NCBI GenBank assembly: GCA_017881075.1
Contig: JADGRH010000006.1
Span: 117,666-181,665 of the forward strand
Reading direction: 5' to 3'
Source of the DNA: Minisyncoccota bacterium
GTDB taxonomy: Bacteria > Patescibacteriota > Minisyncoccia > Phycocordibacterales > CAJBRS01
Length of the DNA: 64,000 bases
Both the position numbers and the translations under genes were made by a program. How positions within the stretch are numbered: the stretch's first letter is position 1; each line of letters begins with the position of its first letter. Positions 27,918 to 36,552 of this stretch are shown here, piece by piece. The notes below the pieces were generated by a model. That model worked only from the letters and a program-made list of their open reading frames with translations, ran no database searches and had not been told where the DNA came from.

Positions 27918-29450
27918 CTATCTAGCAAATTCAATAGCTCGGTTTTCGCGAATAACTGTAACCTTTATTTCTCCAGGATATTTCAATTCCTGTTCAATCT
28001 TTTCCGCTATATCCTGAGCCATTTTTTTGGCGTCGAGATCAGAGACTTCACTTGGAGTAACAAAGATGCGGATCTCACGGCCGGCCTGAAGGGCGTATGA
28101 TTTCTCCACTCCTTTGAAACCCTTGGCAATAGCCTCAAGATCACCAAGTCGCTTCAGATAGTTCTCCATGCTGTCGCGGCGGGCGCCAGGGCGCCCGCCG
28201 GAAATAGAGTCGGCGGTTTGAACAATAATAGACTCAACGGTTTCGTAAGGATATTCTTCATGATGTGCCTGCATGGCCTTGACGATATCCTCATGCGCTC
28301 CGAATTTTTGCAGAATTCGGCGACCGATCTCCACGTGTGTCCCGGCTACTTCATGATCTACCGCCTTACCGATGTCGTGAAGAAGAGCGCCGGCTTTGGC
28401 TATTTGCACATTTGCTCCGAGCTCTTCGGCGAGCATACCGGCAATGTGAGCCATCTCAATTGAGTGTTGCAAAACATTTTGACCATAGCTGGTTCGAAAA
28501 TAGAGTCGGCCGAGAATGGAAATAATTCGTGGATCAAGATTAATGACGCCGGTTTCGTATACGGCCTGCTCACCTTTTTCTTTAATAATATTATTGATCT
28601 CCAGTTTGGCCTTTTCTACTTCCTTCTCGATCTTGGCTGGCTGAATACGGCCATCCAAAATGAGATTCTCCAAAGCCAGCCGTGCCACTTGTCTGCGGAC
28701 CGGATCAAAGGAAGAAATGGTAATGGAGCCAGGTGTATCGTCCACAATGATTTCCACACCCGTTTCGCGCTCAAAAGCCTTAATATTTCGGCCTTCCTTG
28801 CCGATAATTTTGCCTTTAATCTCATCCGATGGAATAGCAACGTGGGTGGTGAAGAGATCGGCGGATACGGACGTAGCCAGTCTTTGAATGGTAGTGGAAA
28901 GTATGTCTTTAGCTTTCTGTTCCAATTTATCTTGACCAAATATTTCCATTTTCTTCATTCTGGCCAGAATATCTTCCTCGTATTTTTTCTCCACACTCCC
29001 GAGGAGTTCATTTTTAGCTTCTTCCTGACTAAGGCCAGAGATTTTTTCAAGCTCTGCTCGCTTCTGGGCCTCCAGATTATCGACTTTTTCTTTGATATCC
29101 TTTATCTCAATGACTTTCACCTTGAGAGTTTCAACTTCTTTATCAATATCTCCTTGACGAGTATCCAGGAGTTCTTCTTTCTTGATCAGACGATCTTCAG
29201 TTTTCTTCGACTTCTCCTCCTTTTCCTTAATATCTTCGCGGATCTCTCTAAGGGTTTCAGTGGCCTCCTTTTCCGCGGCCAGGGTTATTTTCTTGGCCTC
29301 TTCTTTAGCATCAAGCATCATCTGCTTGATCTCGATCTCCATTGAACCTTTTTTACCAAGAGCAATAATCAGTCGGAGAAAATATCCGAGAGCAATGCCA
29401 ACTAAGCCGGTCGATGCCAGCATCAGAACTACTATTTTTAATGAAATCAT
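27918..29450 (-). CDS. rny: ribonuclease Y
   Basis: N-terminal TM helix, coiled coil, KH domain and HD domain (LLHDIGKAVDHE). Confidence 0.9.
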   Translation of the reverse strand: MISLKIVVLMLASTGLVGIALGYFLRLIIALGKKGSMEIEIKQMMLDAKEEAKKITLAAEKEATETLREIREDIKEKEEKSKKTEDRLIKKEELLDTRQGDIDKEVETLKVKVIEIKDIKEKVDNLEAQKRAELEKISGLSQEEAKNELLGSVEKKYEEDILARMKKMEIFGQDKLEQKAKDILSTTIQRLATSVSADLFTTHVAIPSDEIKGKIIGKEGRNIKAFERETGVEIIVDDTPGSITISSFDPVRRQVARLALENLILDGRIQPAKIEKEVEKAKLEINNIIKEKGEQAVYETGVINLDPRIISILGRLYFRTSYGQNVLQHSIEMAHIAGMLAEELGANVQIAKAGALLHDIGKAVDHEVAGTHVEIGRRILQKFGAHEDIVKAMQAHHEEYPYETVESIIVQTADSISGGRPGARRDSMENYLKRLGDLEAIAKGFKGVEKSYALQAGREIRIFVTPSEVSDLDAKKMAQDIAEKIEQELKYPGEIKVTVIRENRAIEFAR

Positions 29451-29591
29451 AGGCGAATGGATCTCGCTTTAGACTTTATGAAGATGATCTATGAAGTTTT
29501 TAGAATTAGTTTCATTGAAAAAAATGACATCTCTTTAGTGGTCAAAAGCTAAAATCAAAATTATATGTTTAATGTCTTTAGGATACAGCAT

Positions 29592-30197
29592 CTAAAGAAT
29601 CTTGTCTATAAGGCCGTATTTTTTGGCCTCTTCGGCATTCATGAAATAGTCGCGATCAACATCCTTGGCCACCTGGTCCAGGGACTTGCCGGTGTTTTTG
29701 GCTAGGATTTTATTGAGGTTTTCTCTGATGCGGACGATTTGTTTGGCGGTGATCTCAATGTCGGTGGCTCGGCCTTCGGCTCCGCCGGAAGGCTGATGGA
29801 TCATTATTTCGGCATTAGGCAGAGCAAAACGTTTTCCTTTCTTTCCGGCGGAAAGAATGATGGCGCCGCCGGAGGCGGCGAGGCCGACACAGATAGTGGC
29901 GACATCATTTTTGATGTAATTCATGGTGTCTAACATGGCGAGGGTGGCAGTGACTGATCCCCCGGGAGAATTTATATAGAGGTTAATATCTTTTTTGGGA
30001 TCCTCAAATTGGAGGAAAAGAAGTTGGGCGATAACGATATTGGCCATCTGATCATCAATGGCGCCGCCGAGGAAGATGACGTTCTCGCGAAGAAGGCGGG
30101 AGTAAATATCATAGGCGCGCTCGCCGAATTGGGATTTTTCGATAACTGTGGGGATTAACATATGGGGAAAGTATATTAAATCGGTTTTAAAATGCAA
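29592..30197 (-). CDS. clpP: ATP-dependent Clp protease proteolytic subunit
   Basis: [10 protein letters not shown]...MIHQPSGG. Confidence 0.95.
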   Translation of the reverse strand: MHFKTDLIYFPHMLIPTVIEKSQFGERAYDIYSRLLRENVIFLGGAIDDQMANIVIAQLLFLQFEDPKKDINLYINSPGGSVTATLAMLDTMNYIKNDVATICVGLAASGGAIILSAGKKGKRFALPNAEIMIHQPSGGAEGRATDIEITAKQIVRIRENLNKILAKNTGKSLDQVAKDVDRDYFMNAEEAKKYGLIDKIL

Positions 30198-30233
30198 ATG
30201 GCGCTCTGGCTGGACTTATGAAACAATTAAGGA

Positions 30234-30962
30234 ATGAGGCTACACCGGTTTTTAATTGAAGAGGTTATAGGGGGAGCGGAGGAGATCATGATTACCGACT
30301 CCGAGCTTATTCACCAGTGGAAGAACGTTTTTCGGTTTACGACCGGGACACGGCTAATCCTTTTTGATGGTTCCGGTTTTGAATATCTGGGTTTGATTGA
30401 TCGACTCTCTAATCTTGGAGCCAAGGTCAGAATCTTAAGCAAGGAAGACAAAAATAACGTTCCATATCCAGAAATTTGTCTTTTTGCCGCTCTGATTAAG
30501 AAAGATAATTTTGAGTGGATTATTGAAAAGGCGACTGAACTTGGGGTTTCACAAATTGTGCCGGTTCTCTGTGACCGAAGTGAGAAGAAGGGACTGAACA
30601 TGGTCCGAGCAAAGAAGATCATGAAAGAGGCGAGCGAGCAGTCGGGAAGGGTAAAGTTGCCCAGGTTGAATGAGCCTCAAGCGCTTGAGGATTTACTGAA
30701 AAGTATAAAGATTGGAGATGAAGAAAACTTAAAAATTTTCTCAATAGATCCGAAAGGAAAGATAAAATTTGGAAACTTAGCTTCCAAATGGAAAGAGGTT
30801 AAAGAAATTGGGGTTTTGGTGGGGCCGGAAGGGGGGTGGAGTGAAAGGGAATTGGAGCTTTTCCGTCTGAAAAAGATCCCAATCTATAGTCTCGGCCCTC
30901 AAATCCTCCGGGCCGAGACGGCAGCTATCGCAGTTGCATCTCTACTTATTTTAGGAGAATGA
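30234..30962 (+). CDS. rsmE: 16S rRNA (uracil1498-N3)-methyltransferase RsmE family
   Basis: MRLHRF... VLVGPEGGWSEREL. Confidence 0.65.
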   Translation: MRLHRFLIEEVIGGAEEIMITDSELIHQWKNVFRFTTGTRLILFDGSGFEYLGLIDRLSNLGAKVRILSKEDKNNVPYPEICLFAALIKKDNFEWIIEKATELGVSQIVPVLCDRSEKKGLNMVRAKKIMKEASEQSGRVKLPRLNEPQALEDLLKSIKIGDEENLKIFSIDPKGKIKFGNLASKWKEVKEIGVLVGPEGGWSERELELFRLKKIPIYSLGPQILRAETAAIAVASLLILGE

Positions 30963-30990
30963 ATTATCGAAGTCTGACTTCAATAATTCA
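30960..30990. repeat. palindrome family member: TGAATTATCGAAGTC-T-GACTTCAATAATTCA
   Basis: 31-nt near-perfect palindrome between the convergent rsmE and tig genes. Confidence 0.8.
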
Positions 30991-32025
30991 TTATTTCTTC
31001 TCCTCTAAAAATCGCCACACTAATTCATTAGTGAGTAACTGTTCGATGTAGATGCGGACACGAGACGGGTCGGCGTCTTTGTGGTGGGAGAGGAGATGCT
31101 TGGTTTCTTTTTCAACATCCTCTTTTGCCGGCTCAATCTTTTCGAGAAGGGCAATTTTCTGTAAGATTAATTCCATCTTGGCACGTTTTTCAGCTTCATT
31201 TTTCCATTCACCTTTTATTTCCTCTTCAGTCTTTCCGATCTGTTTAAAATAATCTTCAATTTTTATTCCCATACCACTAACATTGCTTTTGAATTGAGTG
31301 AGCATTTTTTCCTGTTCACTTTCCACCAGGATTTTCGGGACCACCACACTCGTGGCGGCAATAATTTTCTCAATAGTTTCTAAACGACGTTTTTCCCGCA
31401 GACGCAATTCTTTCTCGTTTCGTAAATTTTCTCGTAGTTGATTTTTAAAATCTTCCACGTCTTTGAATTCACCGAATTGTTTTACTAATTCATTGGTCAG
31501 CGGGGTGAGAGGCGGCGGCACGGCATTTTCCGCCGCCGCCTTTTCGGGCGATAGGTTCTTTTGAAAACGCAAAAGAGCCTCTTCAAATTCTTGATCGGTA
31601 ACTTCGGCTTTTTCATCTTTCCCCATGATTGCCTTAGCCAATTTTTTATAATCTGGCAACTTAACCTCTGGCACCATAGCCACTTTTATTTTAAAACCCA
31701 GAGGATTGCCGGCCGCAAGTTTAGTGATGGAAACTTGCGGCCGACCGACAGGGTTGATCTTTACTTCAATCAGTATCTTTAAATAAAAATTTTCTAGGGC
31801 GAGCGAGGCGGCTTCTTCAAGAATGCCGAGATCACCGACCTTCTCAATCAGCACCTTCTCCGGAATATGACCTTTGCGAAAGCCATCAATTGTTAGTCGC
31901 TCGTTCAATCTTTTAATGGCCTCAACGCGATGTCTAGCCACGGCTTCAACCGATATTTCTCCTTCAATTTCAATTTCCGAATCAGGCAACTGATTCGTCT
32001 TTAAGATTTTGAATTCCTCCTTCAT
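30991..32025 (-). CDS. tig: trigger factor (short form)
   Basis: IDGFRKGHIPEKV matches trigger factor IDGFRKGKVP. Adjacent to clpP. Confidence 0.75.
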   Translation of the reverse strand: MKEEFKILKTNQLPDSEIEIEGEISVEAVARHRVEAIKRLNERLTIDGFRKGHIPEKVLIEKVGDLGILEEAASLALENFYLKILIEVKINPVGRPQVSITKLAAGNPLGFKIKVAMVPEVKLPDYKKLAKAIMGKDEKAEVTDQEFEEALLRFQKNLSPEKAAAENAVPPPLTPLTNELVKQFGEFKDVEDFKNQLRENLRNEKELRLREKRRLETIEKIIAATSVVVPKILVESEQEKMLTQFKSNVSGMGIKIEDYFKQIGKTEEEIKGEWKNEAEKRAKMELILQKIALLEKIEPAKEDVEKETKHLLSHHKDADPSRVRIYIEQLLTNELVWRFLEEKK

Positions 32026-32219
32026 TAGGTAGTGGTAGCGCTTAGGCCAATGACAACGCCACTTGTGCTAGTCGAGGTAGGAAATGAGGAATGATTAATC
32101 CTTGGCCCAATTTTAAATCTCCAAAAATAATATGCGCCGAGAAGTAGCACTAAGACGACAATGATAATGCCAATTACTCCTCCGACAGATGAAGCTCCAA
32201 GTTTTAAATTTCTTTTCAT
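32025..32219 (-). CDS. small membrane protein (64 aa)
   Basis: One TM helix VIGIIIVVLVLLLGAYYFW. Start overlaps the tig stop. Confidence 0.4.
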   Translation of the reverse strand: MKRNLKLGASSVGGVIGIIIVVLVLLLGAYYFWRFKIGPRINHSSFPTSTSTSGVVIGLSATTT

Positions 32220-32222
32220 GAA

Positions 32223-32771
32223 TTACTTTGGAAATTTTTCTTGATAGATTTTTATGGATTTATTTACTGCTTCCATTGCCTCTGCTTTTCCTTTTATTTC
32301 ACCAATAGTAACAACATTACTCTCACCTTTTAAAGTTTTATATGTTTCAAAAAAGTGCTGAATTTCGCGAATAGTGTGTTTATTAACATCCTTCAGATCT
32401 TTAATCTCTTCCCAGCGTCTGTCTTTCACCGGCACGGCAATAACTTTACAATCCGATTCGCCGTCATCAATCATTTCCATCATTGCTACCGGTCTGACTT
32501 CCACTAACACTCCTACTTGAATAGGAAAAGTGGAGAGAACAATAATATCGAGAGCATCCCCATCTTCCCACAGTGTTTGCGGAGCAAATCCATAATCAAC
32601 TGGGTACGCAGCGGAGGAATAATTGGCACGATCAAGAGCGATAAGACCGGTCTTCTTGTCTATTTCATATTTATTATTTGAGCCTTTTGGAATTTCAATA
32701 ATGGTATTGAATTCTTCGGGGGCTTTGTCTCCTAGGGGCACATCGTGCCAGAGGTTCATTCCGTGTGTCAT
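32223..32771 (-). CDS. ppa: inorganic pyrophosphatase
   Basis: EIPKGSNNKYEIDK...DGDALDIIVL. Confidence 0.9.
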   Translation of the reverse strand: MTHGMNLWHDVPLGDKAPEEFNTIIEIPKGSNNKYEIDKKTGLIALDRANYSSAAYPVDYGFAPQTLWEDGDALDIIVLSTFPIQVGVLVEVRPVAMMEMIDDGESDCKVIAVPVKDRRWEEIKDLKDVNKHTIREIQHFFETYKTLKGESNVVTIGEIKGKAEAMEAVNKSIKIYQEKFPK

Positions 32772-32844
32772 GGTTTTATTATATCAAATATTAATTGACT
32801 CGCGCCACGAACGTACAATTTCAAGCGATATTAATAGGAATATC

Positions 32845-32947
32845 ACCCTGGTCCCCCGCATCCTTTCCGTTCGACTTTTCCTCCCAGAACCTCGGAAAAG
32901 CGACCGTAAACTCTGCGGGAACAGCCTGGACGTTTGGGCATTGCAAA
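32845..32947 (+). repeat. copy B of ~105-nt GC-rich repeat family (same orientation as copy A)
   Basis: Terminal 19 nt and 31 nt are identical to copy A. Confidence 0.75.
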
Positions 32948-32976
32948 ATGTTTATTTGGTGGCGGCGATAAACTTT

Positions 32977-34152
32977 TTACTTGGTTTCAGTATCACTTTT
33001 TTCAACTTCCCCTTCCGCAATCGTCTCACCCTTAGCTGATCGAATATCAATTCTCCACCCAGTGAGCTTAGCGGCCAATCTTACGTTTTGCCCACCTTTG
33101 CCGATAGCGAGTGACTGCTGATCTTCTGTCACTTCTACTACGGCGGTGTTCTCTTCCTGATTAATAGCGACATTCAGAACCTTGGCGGGGGAGAGAGCGT
33201 CCTCAATGAACTGCTCTGCTCCTGGTGACCATTCAATAATATCAATTTTTTCGCCGCCAAGCTCGCTCATAACGGTGGAAACTCGAACGCCACGTTGTCC
33301 TACCATTGAGCCTACCGGATCAATATGTGGATCATTGGAAGCAACGGCAATTTTAGAGCGGGAGCCAGCCTCGCGAGCAATAGCCTTTACTTCAACGCTA
33401 CCGCTCGGGATTTCCGGCACCTCGGATTCAAAAAGCTTAGCCAAGAATTTTGGATGAGCCCGGGAAAGCCGCAGAAAAATTCCGCGAGGGGTTTCCTCCA
33501 CTCTTGAAAGATACATTCTTACTCGCTCTCCTTGTCGGTAGTGCTCTCCGGGTATTTGCTCTTCGTAGGGAAGGATTCCGCTGGCTCGCCCCATATCCAT
33601 GAAGATGTTTCCGCGTTCTACTCTTTGGACGGTGCCACTAACTATCTCTCCCTCGCGTTTGCCGTATTCAGAAAGGACGGAAGTCTTTTCAGCTTCACGA
33701 ATTTTCTGAATGATCACTTGCTTGGCTGTCTGAGCGGCGATTCGGCCGTAATCACTCTTGGCCTCGAGTGGAAAAATTAATTCCTCACCGACTTCAACAC
33801 CCTTTTTAATTTTACGAGCATCGTCGATCAAAATGTGATGTTCCGGATTGAATCGCACCTTCAATTCGCCCTCGAGGCTCTCGGGGTGATCACTCCATTT
33901 CTCCGGTGTCTCTTCCCCTTCTTCTTCAAAAACTACTTTGGATTCGTCCACGACGATCTTTACCTGAAAGAAGTCGGCTTTACCGCTTGAGAGATCGAAT
34001 TTGGCCCGGATATATTGACCGCGTTTGCCATACTCTTTTTTATAAGCAGTAGCCAGGGCCATCTCAATAGCTTCAAGGATTTTCTCACGAGGAATACCTC
34101 GCTCTTCTTCAAGCTGATCTAAAACTGAATGAATAACTTTTAAGTCGAACAT
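32977..34152 (-). CDS. nusA: transcription termination/antitermination factor NusA
   Basis: NusA N-terminal, S1 and two KH domains. GGKGGQNVRLAAKLTGW. Confidence 0.95.
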   Translation of the reverse strand: MFDLKVIHSVLDQLEEERGIPREKILEAIEMALATAYKKEYGKRGQYIRAKFDLSSGKADFFQVKIVVDESKVVFEEEGEETPEKWSDHPESLEGELKVRFNPEHHILIDDARKIKKGVEVGEELIFPLEAKSDYGRIAAQTAKQVIIQKIREAEKTSVLSEYGKREGEIVSGTVQRVERGNIFMDMGRASGILPYEEQIPGEHYRQGERVRMYLSRVEETPRGIFLRLSRAHPKFLAKLFESEVPEIPSGSVEVKAIAREAGSRSKIAVASNDPHIDPVGSMVGQRGVRVSTVMSELGGEKIDIIEWSPGAEQFIEDALSPAKVLNVAINQEENTAVVEVTEDQQSLAIGKGGQNVRLAAKLTGWRIDIRSAKGETIAEGEVEKSDTETK

Positions 34153-34269
34153 GTTATAGCTGTTAGGAATTAGTAATAATTTTTTAAAAAAGAAGTTCGC
34201 CGGAAGGCGAACTAATAATTAAACTTTATTCTTTTTAAATCATTTGTCAATCCCCGCCACTAAAAGGTC

Positions 34270-34378
34270 TGCTGTGCAATATCCAAACGTCCAGGCTGTT
34301 CCCGGAGAGCTCGTGAACGACACTTCTGGAGTCTTCGGAAGAATGTCGGGCAGGAGCGATACGGGGGACCAGGGTTGT
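34270..34378 (-). repeat. copy C of ~105-nt GC-rich repeat family (inverted relative to A and B)
   Basis: The reverse complement ends ...GGGAACAGCCTGGACGTTTGGATATTGCACAG and starts CAACCCTGGTCCCCCG. Confidence 0.75.
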
Positions 34379-34393
34379 CCACATTCTTTAGAT

Positions 34394-34422
34394 TGCTTTA
34401 ATCACCAATTCTCTCTATTATA
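34394..34422 (+). promoter_or_regulatory. promoter TTGCTT-N17-TATTAT for gene 34448
   Basis: Read from the sequence. Confidence 0.45.
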
Positions 34423-34447
34423 TGAGCGTAATCTCTTTATCTAGATA

Positions 34448-35569
34448 ATGAAAAAAACTTCTTATCTTTTAGTCATTCTTCTCTCATTTGTGGTCTTTTC
34501 TGTAGTGGTTGCTACTACCACTACCCTTTATAATGTAAAGGGTTATTCATGGTCTTCTAATGTCGGTTGGGTAAAGGCTGATCCTACTAACGGAGGAGTT
34601 TTTATGAGTAACGACGGTACTCTTTCGGGTTATGCTTGGGCAAATCCTTACGATAGTCGTGACGGTAGCAAAAATCTTGGTTGGCTAAGTTTTAAAGCGT
34701 CCGACATTTCTGGCTGTCCTTCTGGTCCTGGTACTTGTCCTGCCACGGTAACCTCAACGACCACCAACAGCACCGTTACCGGCTGGGCTCGTTTTATAGC
34801 ACATGATGTTTTACCTAACACATATTATACCGGATGGGTCCATCTTAGCGGCACAGCTACTAACGGCTCTCCTTACGGCGTTACATATGATGCATCGGCT
34901 AAAACTCTTAATGGATATGCTTGGGGCGGTAATGTAGTAGGTTGGATTCATATAAGTTTCAGTATAGAGGGTACCTGTGAACTCGCTACTGCCCCAGCAG
35001 CGCCTACCGGCCTTCAGGCTTCGGCGGCCAGTTGCAACGAAGTGGATCTATCATGGATCGCACCACCCGCTACTAATCCTCCAGTATCAGGTTACTATAT
35101 TTATAGAAATGGCCAGTTAGTATTTAGTAGCATTTCACCTTCTGCTATAGACACCACTGTCATCCCAGGACAAAATTATAGTTATCGAGTCTCCGCCTAT
35201 ATCGGTGGCGCTTGTCAGTTCGTTGAAGGGGGACAAAGCTCTTTAGTGAACGTTAACACTCCGAATAGTTGCAATACCGGCCAACCGGCCCTGTCATTAA
35301 AATGTTTCCCAACCAATGTTATCAAAGGAGCATCAGCAACTCTTAACTGGACAGCTTCTTCCGGTGGTTCTTGCACTATCACCGGCACGGATCCTAAATT
35401 TTCGCCGGTAACTTTCTCTGTTGATGATAAAGGAGGCAGTGGATCTGTTCCGACAGGACCAATCACTCAAACTCGTGATTACAATATGACTTGTACTGGA
35501 GCAAAGGGCGCGGAAAGTGTCAGCACCAAGGGTACCTGCTACGTATCGGCTGAATATCAACATTTTTAA
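34448..35569 (+). CDS. secreted protein with fibronectin type III-like domain
   Basis: Signal peptide. PTGLQASAASCNEVDLSWIAPP...YYIYRNGQ...YSYRVSAY. Confidence 0.6.
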   Translation: MKKTSYLLVILLSFVVFSVVVATTTTLYNVKGYSWSSNVGWVKADPTNGGVFMSNDGTLSGYAWANPYDSRDGSKNLGWLSFKASDISGCPSGPGTCPATVTSTTTNSTVTGWARFIAHDVLPNTYYTGWVHLSGTATNGSPYGVTYDASAKTLNGYAWGGNVVGWIHISFSIEGTCELATAPAAPTGLQASAASCNEVDLSWIAPPATNPPVSGYYIYRNGQLVFSSISPSAIDTTVIPGQNYSYRVSAYIGGACQFVEGGQSSLVNVNTPNSCNTGQPALSLKCFPTNVIKGASATLNWTASSGGSCTITGTDPKFSPVTFSVDDKGGSGSVPTGPITQTRDYNMTCTGAKGAESVSTKGTCYVSAEYQHF

Positions 35570-35575
35570 ACCATC

Positions 35576-35884
35576 ATGAACGAAGATAATTCATTTTTTT
35601 TAAGATATAAAACAAGTATTCTAATCATAATAGTGGCTATCTTTGTAGTGGCGGGGATCCTGCTATGGATGGGCACATTGAAAAATATCATTCCCATAAA
35701 TCAAAAACAATCAGGAAACACTCTTACAGAGGAGCAAATTCAGGCTATAATAAAAGATCGGCCGATAGGACCGGGAACTCTGACCACCAAACAAAGGAGC
35801 GCTATTTTAAACGATAAGCCGACAGGGACATCAACTCTTAGTGCAGAACAAAGAAATCAAATTTTAAACGATAAACCAAAATAA
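35576..35884 (+). CDS. small membrane protein with tandem ILNDKP(T/K) repeats
   Basis: N-terminal TM helix. Repeated SAILNDKPTG / NQILNDKPK. Confidence 0.5.
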   Translation: MNEDNSFFLRYKTSILIIIVAIFVVAGILLWMGTLKNIIPINQKQSGNTLTEEQIQAIIKDRPIGPGTLTTKQRSAILNDKPTGTSTLSAEQRNQILNDKPK

Positions 35885-35904
35885 TTAATCATTAAAAAAT
35901 TAAT

Positions 35905-36519
35905 ATGAAAAATCTAAGCAAAAAATTATTAGGTCCGGTTCAGGTGGTGATTCTGGCAATACTATTCAGTGTTGGTGGCAGTTATCTCTATGCCGCCGTT
36001 TCGGGGTGGTCAGAACCGGGATGTGCCGCGCCAGGTTGTAATGCCACCGCTCCTCTAAATATTTCTACTGACCCGCAAATTAAAGATGGTCCATTATATG
36101 TAGGTAATGTTCCAATGCAGAGTGGCATTGGTTTTCAAGTAGTAAATGGTAATGTTGCAATTGGTAACATTACGCCAACAAATAAGCTAACTGTCGCCGG
36201 AGATATTGGTGCTACTGCTTTCTATTACAGTTCTGACAGAAGTTTGAAGACAAATATTACTCCACTCCAAGATTCTCTGTCAAAAATAACCGAACTCCAA
36301 GGTGTATCTTTTAATTGGAAAAACGGCGGAGCGAAAAGTGATGGATTGATTGCTCAAGATGTGGAAAAAGTTTATCCAGAGTTGGTAAATACTGATCCAA
36401 AGACTGGATTAAAATCATTAGAATATGCCAATCTTGTGGCTCCACTGATTGAGGCAATTAAAACACAACAGAAAGAAATTGATGATCTAAAAGTCCAGAT
36501 TAAAGCATTGCAGAAATAA
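35905..36519 (+). CDS. membrane-anchored Gly-rich protein with C-terminal Peptidase_S74 / tail-fibre intramolecular chaperone (CIMCD) domain
   Basis: SDRSLKTNITPL...GLIAQDVEKVYPELV...LVAPLIEAIKTQQKEIDDLK matches the endosialidase chaperone domain consensus. Confidence 0.75.
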   Translation: MKNLSKKLLGPVQVVILAILFSVGGSYLYAAVSGWSEPGCAAPGCNATAPLNISTDPQIKDGPLYVGNVPMQSGIGFQVVNGNVAIGNITPTNKLTVAGDIGATAFYYSSDRSLKTNITPLQDSLSKITELQGVSFNWKNGGAKSDGLIAQDVEKVYPELVNTDPKTGLKSLEYANLVAPLIEAIKTQQKEIDDLKVQIKALQK

Positions 36520-36552
36520 ATAGTTCGATGATTCTCACTATAAAAAACTAAA

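Noticed and set aside
28464-29345. 293-aa plus-strand ORF and other ORFs antisense within rny, pnp, pcrA, yifB and fusA
   Set aside because: They are fully embedded antisense to high-confidence conserved genes. Their low-complexity F/L-rich translations are typical of AT-rich antisense frames.
32623-33039. Plus-strand 138-aa ORF across repeat copy B
   Set aside because: It is antisense to ppa and nusA and spans the intergenic repeat. It is an artefact.
34270-34378. Resemblance of repeat copy C (reverse complement) to 5S rRNA
   Set aside because: The shared stretches are CCGUAUCGC, CCGAAGACUCCAGAAGUG versus loop-C CCGAACUCAGAAGUG, and GGGAACAGCCUGG versus GGGAACUGCCAGG. However, helix I cannot form because both ends carry CCUGG. 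The element is 20 nt short, and the loop-C-like block is present in only one of three copies. It is not a 5S gene.
35905-36519. Prophage interpretation of the S74-domain gene
   Set aside because: No integrase, terminase, capsid, portal or lysis genes in the surrounding 10 kb. The neighbourhood is pilus and secreted proteins.
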